This document shows, in pieces, positions 49,494-56,424 of a stretch of DNA of 56,424 bases. The stretch is from the sequence record SRR2962707_2339. One strand, 5' to 3'. Position 1 is the first letter of the stretch. Each line of letters starts with the position of its first letter. Both the position numbers and the translations under genes were made by a program. The notes under the pieces are model-generated. The model saw only the letters and a program-made list of their open reading frames with translations. It was not told the DNA's origin and ran no database searches.

Positions 49494-50390
49494 ATGACAC
49501 AGAAAATCGGATTCATCGGCCTGGGCGTGATGGGAAGCGGGATGGCCCGCAATATCATGAAGGCTGGGTTTGAGCTTGCCGCCATGGCCAGAAACGAGGC
49601 CAAAGCCGACGCGTTCAGAAACGCAGGGGCGGCAGTCTATGAAACGCCTGCCCAGATCGCCGAACAGGCGGACATCATCGTTACGTGCGTACCGGATGCC
49701 AGTGCAGTGCAAAGCGTTATCTGCGGTCCCGGCGGCTTGCTGGATGGCAACTGGACGAATGGTCTGCTCATTGACTGCAGCACGATTGCACCGCACGAAG
49801 CGCAAGAACACGCCGACGTGCTGAAAGCATCAGGCTCACGTGTTGTGGATGCGCCCGTCAGTGGCGGTCGGAAAGGCGCCGAAGACGGCACGCTGACCAT
49901 CATGACGGGCGGTGAGAGCGACGATATCGCCCGCGCCATGCCTGTACTTGAAGCCATGGGAACGAACATTCATCACCTTGGGCCGCTAGGCGCCGGGCAG
50001 GCTGTTAAAGCCGCGAATCAGATGATGGTCGCCGTTAATCTGATGGGGGCGTGTGAAGCTGTGGCGCTGGTTCGTGCTGCAGGCGTTGATCCACGTCAGA
50101 TGTGCAAGGTGCTCTCAACCGGAGCAGCGCGCAGCGGCGTTCTGGAAGCACATGCCATTCGTTATCTGGATGGCGCCCTTGAGGGCGGCTTTCGTGCCGA
50201 ACTGATGGCCAAGGACCTCGGCATCGTCAGTTCGGTAGGACATCACCACGGCACGGTGCAGCCGGCAGCCAATCTGGCGCAGCAGATGATGCTGGCGCTT
50301 TGCAATTGCGGGATGGGGGGCTTGGACAGCGCTGCGCTTGGCCTTCTTTATGACCGCCTGAACGGCGTCTCTCCGGAAGCAAAGGGTTGA
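49494..50390 (+). CDS. NAD(P)-dependent beta-hydroxyacid dehydrogenase (3-hydroxyisobutyrate dehydrogenase / tartronate semialdehyde reductase family)
   Basis: IGFIGLGVMG, DCSTI, DAPVSGG, GQAVKAANQ, MAKDL. Confidence 0.9.
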   Translation: MTQKIGFIGLGVMGSGMARNIMKAGFELAAMARNEAKADAFRNAGAAVYETPAQIAEQADIIVTCVPDASAVQSVICGPGGLLDGNWTNGLLIDCSTIAPHEAQEHADVLKASGSRVVDAPVSGGRKGAEDGTLTIMTGGESDDIARAMPVLEAMGTNIHHLGPLGAGQAVKAANQMMVAVNLMGACEAVALVRAAGVDPRQMCKVLSTGAARSGVLEAHAIRYLDGALEGGFRAELMAKDLGIVSSVGHHHGTVQPAANLAQQMMLALCNCGMGGLDSAALGLLYDRLNGVSPEAKG

Positions 50391-50392
50391 GC

Positions 50393-51436
50393 ATGCGTAA
50401 TTTCCCCATCGCGGATTTAAGAGACTTCTCGAACCGGGTTTTTGAGGCCGGCGGGCTGAGCGCCGATGATGCTGAAACAGTCACGGATGTTTTGATCCAT
50501 GCGGACTTACGTGGCCATGCATCACATGGATTGACCCGGATTCCGATTTATCTCGAACGGATATGCAAGGGAGCCGTCAATGCATCTCCCCAGATCAGGA
50601 TCAATCGGCCTGCACCGGGAATTCTGGAAGTTAACGGCGACAACGGTCCCGGGCCCGTGGTCAGCTTACGCGCAATCAATGCGGCCATCGAAACGGCCTT
50701 GGAACAGGGCGTGTGTGCGGCAGCGGTGCAACACAGCAATCACAACGGCGCCGGATCATACTATGTAGAACGTGCGCTTAGCGCCGGATGCATTGCTTTC
50801 GCCTTTACCAACGCACCGCCTTCGATGGCGCTGCATGGCGGCCGCAAGGTTGCGATCGGAACCAATCCGGTGACTTTCGGAGCCCCGGCGGCAAAGGCGC
50901 AGCCTGTTCTTCTTGATATGGCGACATCCGTTGTGGCACGCGGCAAGATCGTCGAAGCCGCCAAGCGCGGCGATACCATACCGGATGGGTGGGCACTTGA
51001 TAGCGAAGGACGCCCGACAACGGATGCGGTCTCCGCGGAAAAGGGTGTCGTTCTGCCGATGGCTGGGGCCAAGGGATCAGGACTGGCACTTATGGTGGAA
51101 ATACTATCCGGTGTTTTGTCAGGTGGACGGTTTGCCGGGGATCTCGGCAATTTGTATTCCGATTTCGAGCAACCCCAGGATATTGGCCATTTCTATCTGG
51201 TGATTGCGCCGTCTCTATTCAGTGCCGTTCCGGATTTCCCTGCGCGTATGGACAAGCTGATAGACGAAATGAAAGCCAGTCCCGCCGCCGTCGGGGGTGA
51301 GACGATCAAGTTGCCTGGTGAGCCTGAAATTGAAAAAACGCTGGCTGCACAACAGTCCGGTATCGCGCTGTCCGATAACGTCATTCTTGATTTGGCAGCG
51401 GCTGCGGCATCCGTCGGGGTTGAACCACTGGCGTGA
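50393..51436 (+). CDS. Ldh_2 (AllD/ComC/YiaK-like) 2-hydroxyacid oxidoreductase
   Basis: ADLRGHASHG, HSNHNG, GTNPV, LDMATS, KGSGLALMVEIL, LPGE. Confidence 0.9.
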   Translation: MRNFPIADLRDFSNRVFEAGGLSADDAETVTDVLIHADLRGHASHGLTRIPIYLERICKGAVNASPQIRINRPAPGILEVNGDNGPGPVVSLRAINAAIETALEQGVCAAAVQHSNHNGAGSYYVERALSAGCIAFAFTNAPPSMALHGGRKVAIGTNPVTFGAPAAKAQPVLLDMATSVVARGKIVEAAKRGDTIPDGWALDSEGRPTTDAVSAEKGVVLPMAGAKGSGLALMVEILSGVLSGGRFAGDLGNLYSDFEQPQDIGHFYLVIAPSLFSAVPDFPARMDKLIDEMKASPAAVGGETIKLPGEPEIEKTLAAQQSGIALSDNVILDLAAAAASVGVEPLA

Positions 51437-51519
51437 ACAGCGCGGGTGGCACTGCAAATGATTGGGCCTGTGACATTCACCCTGATAAAAGATGAAGGTA
51501 CGGTCCGGGGGGACACAAG

Positions 51520-53019
51520 ATGGACATACTCTTAAACGCATTCATGGCCCAGATGCAGCCGGCAGTCCTTTTGACGCTGGTATGCTGTGTCATCATCGGC
51601 ATGATTATCGGGGCCATCCCGGGGCTGACAGTCAGTATCGCAGTCGCCCTTGCTGTTCCCGTTGCGATATTCATGCCGACAGAAATCGCATTGGCGATGC
51701 TGGTCAGCCTTTATGGCGCAGGGGTCTATGGGGGCAGTGTCTCGGCGATCCTGCTACGTGCGCCCGGGACACCGGCATCGGCGGCGACGGCATTTGACGG
51801 TTTTCCCATGGCCCAGGCGGGGATGGCGACCAAGGCTCTCAGGATATCTCTTCTCGCATCCACCTTCGGTTCCGTCTTCAGTATTCTGCTTCTGATAACC
51901 GTGGCGCCGGTTCTGGCCAATTTTGCGCTTCGCTTCGGCCCGGTCGAGATGGCGTCCATCCTGCTGTTCACCTTCACCATTATCGGCACCATTTCCGGCT
52001 CATCGATGATTAAAGGGCTTTTCTCTGCTGCTGTAGGTATGGCGCTGGCGACGATCGGCAGCGACCCGATGATCGGGACGCCGCGGTTTACTTTCGGCAT
52101 GACCGAGTTGCTGGATGGACTGACATACATCCCCCTGCTGGTGGGGCTGTTCGCGCTCGCGGAAGTGATTAAGGAAGCGGCTGACGGCTTCAAACAGGAC
52201 GTTGAGCGAATTGAAGTGCATGACGAGGATCGGTCGAAAAACCGCATAAGCGGCGCCGACATCAAACAGATATTACCACCGATGGTGCGGGGATCTCTGA
52301 TCGGCTCATTCATCGGCCTTTTGCCGGGTATCGGTTCGACGATTGCGGCCTTTCTTGCTTACGCCGACGCGAAACGCGCGGCGGGGAAATCGGGGAAATT
52401 CGGTGAAGGGGATATCCGGGGCATCGCCGCTCCGGAAAGCTCCAACAACGCTGTCGGCGGCGCAACTTTCATTCCGACACTGGCACTGGGTATTCCCGGG
52501 GATGCGGTAACGGCGATCCTGCTCGGCGCAATGGTCATGCTTGGTGTAACGCCGGGGCCTTTGCTGTTCGTTACGAACCCGGATGTCGTTTACACCATCT
52601 ATATCGTTCTTTGCATGTCGACGTTACTTATGCTGCTGATCGGTCTGGTCGCAACGCGTCCGCTGACGCTGGTATTGAGACTGCCGAAAATTTATCTCCT
52701 GCCGCTTGTGTCGCTCACGTGTGTTGCGGGCAGCTATGTCGTGCGAAATAATTTTGTCGACGTTATCGTCATGCTGCTTGCCGGTGTGCTGGGTTTTGTC
52801 TTTAACCGGGTCGGGATACCGGTCACGCCTCTGCTCATTTCGTTTATCATTACGCCGCCGTTTGAAGAGGCTGTGCGCCAGGCATTGACGCAATCGGAGG
52901 GCTCGTTGAGCGTGTTTCTGACCAACCCCGTTGCTTTGGGATCAATTGCGGCGGCACTGCTGGTCGTGGGGCTGGTGGTGCGTGCGCGGACGCTCCGCTC
53001 GATCCCTGATGAAGATTGA
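51520..53019 (+). CDS. tctA: Tripartite tricarboxylate transporter large permease
   Basis: GAIPGLT, YGGSVSAILLRAPGTPASAAT..DG, APESSNNA, LGIPGD, TPGP. Confidence 0.93.
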   Translation: MDILLNAFMAQMQPAVLLTLVCCVIIGMIIGAIPGLTVSIAVALAVPVAIFMPTEIALAMLVSLYGAGVYGGSVSAILLRAPGTPASAATAFDGFPMAQAGMATKALRISLLASTFGSVFSILLLITVAPVLANFALRFGPVEMASILLFTFTIIGTISGSSMIKGLFSAAVGMALATIGSDPMIGTPRFTFGMTELLDGLTYIPLLVGLFALAEVIKEAADGFKQDVERIEVHDEDRSKNRISGADIKQILPPMVRGSLIGSFIGLLPGIGSTIAAFLAYADAKRAAGKSGKFGEGDIRGIAAPESSNNAVGGATFIPTLALGIPGDAVTAILLGAMVMLGVTPGPLLFVTNPDVVYTIYIVLCMSTLLMLLIGLVATRPLTLVLRLPKIYLLPLVSLTCVAGSYVVRNNFVDVIVMLLAGVLGFVFNRVGIPVTPLLISFIITPPFEEAVRQALTQSEGSLSVFLTNPVALGSIAAALLVVGLVVRARTLRSIPDED

Positions 53020-53049
53020 GAACTGCCGAAGCCTGTCCATGAAAAACGC

Positions 53050-54009
53050 ATGCCCATGAATGCAACGGATATGATGCATCCCAGGATGCGAAAAGCCCTT
53101 GAACAGAATAATGCCCTGCAACCGGTCGGCGTGAACCGGGACAGCTTACCGTTTCAAGATATCCGCAGGATTTTTGCCGAAACACGAAAATTCTGGAACA
53201 CGCCAGCTCTCTCGCTGCACCGGGTTTATGACCGAAGCATTCAAGGCAAGACCCGAACGATACCAGTGCGGTTTTATCACCCGAACGAACATCCGAAACC
53301 CGCCGTTATCGTTTATTGCCACGGTGGCGGATGGGTCCTGGGCAGCAGCGAAACGCACGATCCGATTTTACGCGAGGTCGCGCGGGCGACGGGTTATCTG
53401 GTGATCGGTGTGGATTATGCGCTTGCCCCGGAAAACCCGTTTCCGGCCGCCCTGGATGATGTTCGAGATGTACTGGAATACGTTTTCTCTCCATCCATGT
53501 CGGACCAGGTCAATCAGGATGCGGTTTTCGTCGGCGGCGACTCTTCCGGGGCAAACATTGTGTTGTCCGCTGCGATGAGTTTTGAGCAGAAGAATAAAGG
53601 GGCCATCAAGGCCGGGTTTTCATATTACGGGGTTCTCGATGCCGAACTGGATTCACCTTCCATGCACCGTTACGGCAGCGGTGCGTATGGTTTGTCCTTA
53701 GAGCGGATGTCATTTTACTGGGACCAATACGTGCCGGATGTTTCAAAGCGAGACGATCCGCGGATCAATTTATGTGAAGGGGATGAGGCCGGCAGATTTC
53801 CCACGTATGTGGTTGCGGCAGAGTGTGACCCATTGTGTGACAGCTCCGTCAGATTTGCGGCAGCCAATAATGTTTTTAAAGTGAATTGCCAATTGGATAC
53901 GCGGCTCGGCATGGGGCATGCGTTCATGGGATACGGTCGCATGCTGGAACAAGAAGTGGCTGATGTTGCCAACTGCACGGCCAGCTTTTTGCAGGATGTG
54001 CTACAGTGA
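53050..54009 (+). CDS. HSL-family alpha/beta hydrolase (acetyl esterase-like)
   Basis: HGGGW, DYALAPENPFP, GDSSGAN, DPLCD, GMGHAF. Confidence 0.9.
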   Translation: MPMNATDMMHPRMRKALEQNNALQPVGVNRDSLPFQDIRRIFAETRKFWNTPALSLHRVYDRSIQGKTRTIPVRFYHPNEHPKPAVIVYCHGGGWVLGSSETHDPILREVARATGYLVIGVDYALAPENPFPAALDDVRDVLEYVFSPSMSDQVNQDAVFVGGDSSGANIVLSAAMSFEQKNKGAIKAGFSYYGVLDAELDSPSMHRYGSGAYGLSLERMSFYWDQYVPDVSKRDDPRINLCEGDEAGRFPTYVVAAECDPLCDSSVRFAAANNVFKVNCQLDTRLGMGHAFMGYGRMLEQEVADVANCTASFLQDVLQ

Positions 54010-54074
54010 CGGCCCGAATTTTTTGGGCCCCGATTGATCACGCAGATACAGGCCCTGAACGACGGAAGCCGGAA

Positions 54075-56366
54075 TTATAACTTGCGCTCCATCTGTACGA
54101 TCTTGCCGGCCTGGACGGTGGTTTCGGGCGGGAAAGTGACAGTGATACGCGTTCCGGCCCGGAGTTTGCTCTCAATCGATAATTGTCCGCCCAGAAGAAC
54201 GACCTGGGATTTAACAAGGTGCAAGCCGAGGCCGCTGCCGTGATAGACCCTGCTCAAAGGACCCTCAACCTGATGGAATGGTTCAAGTACTCGTTCGATC
54301 TGATCCGGCGGAATGCCGATACCGCTGTCCGAGACAATTATTTGTGTTCCGCCATCTGGAGTTAAATATGCATTCAGACTGACGTCGCCATTCGCCGGCG
54401 TGAATTTAATCGCGTTGGAAAGCAGATTGAGAATGATCTGCTTTACGATCCGGGGGTCTGTCCAGAGGGTGTCTATGCCCTCGTCGACTTCAGACGTAAT
54501 TTGCAGTTTATCCGCTCCGGGGTAGCCCGAGGCGATCCTGATGCACTCTGAAATGACCGATTGAAAATCAACCGCTGCTGCGTGAACTTCCTGTTTGCCG
54601 GCGGCAAGTCGGGAAACCTCGAGAAGATCGTTGATGATGGACAGAAGATGCGAACCGCTGGTGAAGATGTCTTCTGCATAGCTTTTATATTTGACGGAGC
54701 CGACGGGTCCAAAAATTTCGGATTTAATCGACTCGGAGAAACCCAGGATCGCATTTAGCGGTGTTCTGAGTTCGTGAGACATGTTGGCGATAAATTCATT
54801 CTTGGCACGATTAGATTCGATCGCCTGTTCAGCTGCCTTGCTCAGTACTTCCTCTGTCTGCTTGTGCACCGAAATATCGGTTATCGCATAAATCGTGAAA
54901 TGCCGCGGTGCGGTTCGTCTTTCGAAAGGTCCGGTTTCAGGTTCGATAGAGACCGCGGAGATGTTAATCTCGACCGGCAATGTGGTGTCGCCGCCAATCT
55001 TGAGCGATGTGTAAACCTTATCGTTTTTAGGGGTCGGTTCTTCGAGCGATAAATCATCATCTGCCGGCAGGATAACCTTCGCCGCATCGCGATCGAGCAT
55101 TTTATCTCTGTCTATTTTTAACATTTCACCAGCTGCCTTGTTGGCGAAACGGACCTTGCCGGTATGATCGGCGACGATGATGCCGGTGAAGCTGTTGTCG
55201 GCGATGGCCTGGTTCAGTGCGCGGCGTTCGCGAATTTCGGCGGAGCGCTTGAAGACGACCAACGCCTGTATATCCAGCTGTTTTGTCAGGCCATGAACAT
55301 AACAGTAAGCGGTCGTCACCAGTGTTGCGCCGGCAGGCATATCTATCGGGTAATAGGACTGCAGGATCATTGGCAACGTTATGATGAGTGCGACCAGGGC
55401 CATAAAGGTGATGGTGCCGCGGATGTGTGGCAGGCGAACGAACAAGCCGCTTAAAACAATGCCAAACAGCAAAGCGACAGCCAGGACGAAGATCGTATCC
55501 GCCTGCATGATGGACCGGCCCAACAGAATGGATTCGGCGGCCTGAGCCTGCAGGTCAGGGCCGCTGAGAGCACCGTAAACAGGCACGGCGATTTCATCCC
55601 CGAGTTCCAGCGCCGTGGCGCCGATGATGACGTATTTTCCCTTGATCGCTTCCGGGTCGAATGTGCCGCGCACGATATCGACGAAAGAGACCCGGGGGAT
55701 CGTTTCCGGCCGGATGCTGAAGTCAATGTAGAATGAATCTGTGCCATCGGTCGTGCGGCCGATCACTTCCGGCGCGAAAGCTGGAACGAACCCGTCATCC
55801 CAGGCGTGCAGCCGCTCATACTTTCGAACCAGACCATCTGCCGCGGGCGCAAGGTTAACCGAGGCCAAGGGTGCGTGCTCGGCAATTCCACGCATAGGCA
55901 CGGTCGTGCTGACTTCGCCGCCCCGATGTGATGCCCATTGTTTGAATACAGGCAAAATGATTCTGACGTCGGAATTTTTGACGGCTGCGATCAGGTCATT
56001 GTCGGCAGTTCCAGGGGAGGATGAGCTGAAATCAATATCGACGCCGATACGTGCAGCACCCGCAGCACTAAGATTGTTGATGGCTTGTGCATGGAGTGAC
56101 CGCGTCCATGGCCATTCGCCGAGTTGTTGAAGGCTGACGGAATCAATCTGGACAACAACAACCTGTTGTGACGCTTCGCGGGGGAACAGTAGGAACCTTA
56201 GGTCGACCAGAGCCCGGTCCATACCAGGCAGAATGCCGACAACATATAAACCAGCAAGAAGTAGCGACATCGCAATGATATGGAGCCATTGCGCAGCGAA
56301 ATCCCGCAACGTCTGCGCTATTCCGCCCCCAAGGGCTTGATCCGAAAAATTCGTCGGCTCTTTCAT
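54075..56366 (-). CDS. CHASE2-TM-PAS sensor histidine kinase
   Basis: VQIDSVSLQQLGEWPWTRSLHA, DGLVR, GKYVIIGATA; NMSHELRTPLNAILGFS; NLLSNAIKFT; GSGLGL. Confidence 0.92.
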   Translation of the reverse strand: MKEPTNFSDQALGGGIAQTLRDFAAQWLHIIAMSLLLAGLYVVGILPGMDRALVDLRFLLFPREASQQVVVVQIDSVSLQQLGEWPWTRSLHAQAINNLSAAGAARIGVDIDFSSSSPGTADNDLIAAVKNSDVRIILPVFKQWASHRGGEVSTTVPMRGIAEHAPLASVNLAPAADGLVRKYERLHAWDDGFVPAFAPEVIGRTTDGTDSFYIDFSIRPETIPRVSFVDIVRGTFDPEAIKGKYVIIGATALELGDEIAVPVYGALSGPDLQAQAAESILLGRSIMQADTIFVLAVALLFGIVLSGLFVRLPHIRGTITFMALVALIITLPMILQSYYPIDMPAGATLVTTAYCYVHGLTKQLDIQALVVFKRSAEIRERRALNQAIADNSFTGIIVADHTGKVRFANKAAGEMLKIDRDKMLDRDAAKVILPADDDLSLEEPTPKNDKVYTSLKIGGDTTLPVEINISAVSIEPETGPFERRTAPRHFTIYAITDISVHKQTEEVLSKAAEQAIESNRAKNEFIANMSHELRTPLNAILGFSESIKSEIFGPVGSVKYKSYAEDIFTSGSHLLSIINDLLEVSRLAAGKQEVHAAAVDFQSVISECIRIASGYPGADKLQITSEVDEGIDTLWTDPRIVKQIILNLLSNAIKFTPANGDVSLNAYLTPDGGTQIIVSDSGIGIPPDQIERVLEPFHQVEGPLSRVYHGSGLGLHLVKSQVVLLGGQLSIESKLRAGTRITVTFPPETTVQAGKIVQMERKL

Positions 56367-56369
56367 GGA

Positions 56370-56424
56370 CTAGGAATTACCGTTGCCGTTACCGCCGCCG
56401 TTACCGTTGCCACCGCCGTTGCCG
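56370..56424 (-). CDS. C-terminal Gly/Asn-repeat tail of an upstream gene (truncated by window end)
   Basis: Minus strand reads GNGGGNGNGGGNGNGNS-stop, ending 3 bp before the CHASE2 kinase ATG. Confidence 0.6.
   Translation of the reverse strand, partial: GNGGGNGNGGGNGNGNS

Noticed and set aside
56370-56424. GN repeat as a non-coding VNTR, or naming the gene as a FecR-domain protein
   Set aside because: It reads as a coding low-complexity tail; the rest of the gene is outside the window, so its identity cannot be supported.
10266-56424. Integrase, transposase or att duplicate for the island
   Set aside because: None recognised in the ORF track or sequence, so mobility remains inferred.

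Overview
Alphaproteobacterial (Rhodospirillales-like) chromosomal segment in three parts. (1) 1-10265, GC-rich backbone: 3' end of an IlvD/Edd sugar-acid dehydratase, two RraA/HMG-aldolase genes, HupE/UreJ, a membrane histidine kinase, JAB peptidase-hypothetical-rluD-rpoH, a probably frameshifted hypothetical gene, nitroreductase, Bcr/CflA MFS and tRNA-Ser(GCT). (2) About 10.3-46 kb, visibly lower in GC and starting right after the tRNA: a block almost entirely of signal-transduction genes. It holds a cheA-cheW...cheY-cheB-cheR operon interrupted by cheY-cheZ-DUF2336, an OmpR-family regulator and two unknown proteins. It also has three soluble chemoreceptors, kinases with FixL-type heme PAS domains, a split Aer-like sensor, and an HD-GYP + globin pair. 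Many of its promoter regions share the direct repeat TTACA-N5-TTACA (5 perfect and several one-mismatch copies, all those I found intergenic). This suggests an island-borne O2/redox chemosensory regulon, plausibly run by the embedded OmpR-type regulator. (3) 46-56 kb: a LysR-associated organic-acid catabolic cluster with a split TctC-TctB...TctA transporter, then a CHASE2 kinase. All calls are by motif recognition; no searches were run.
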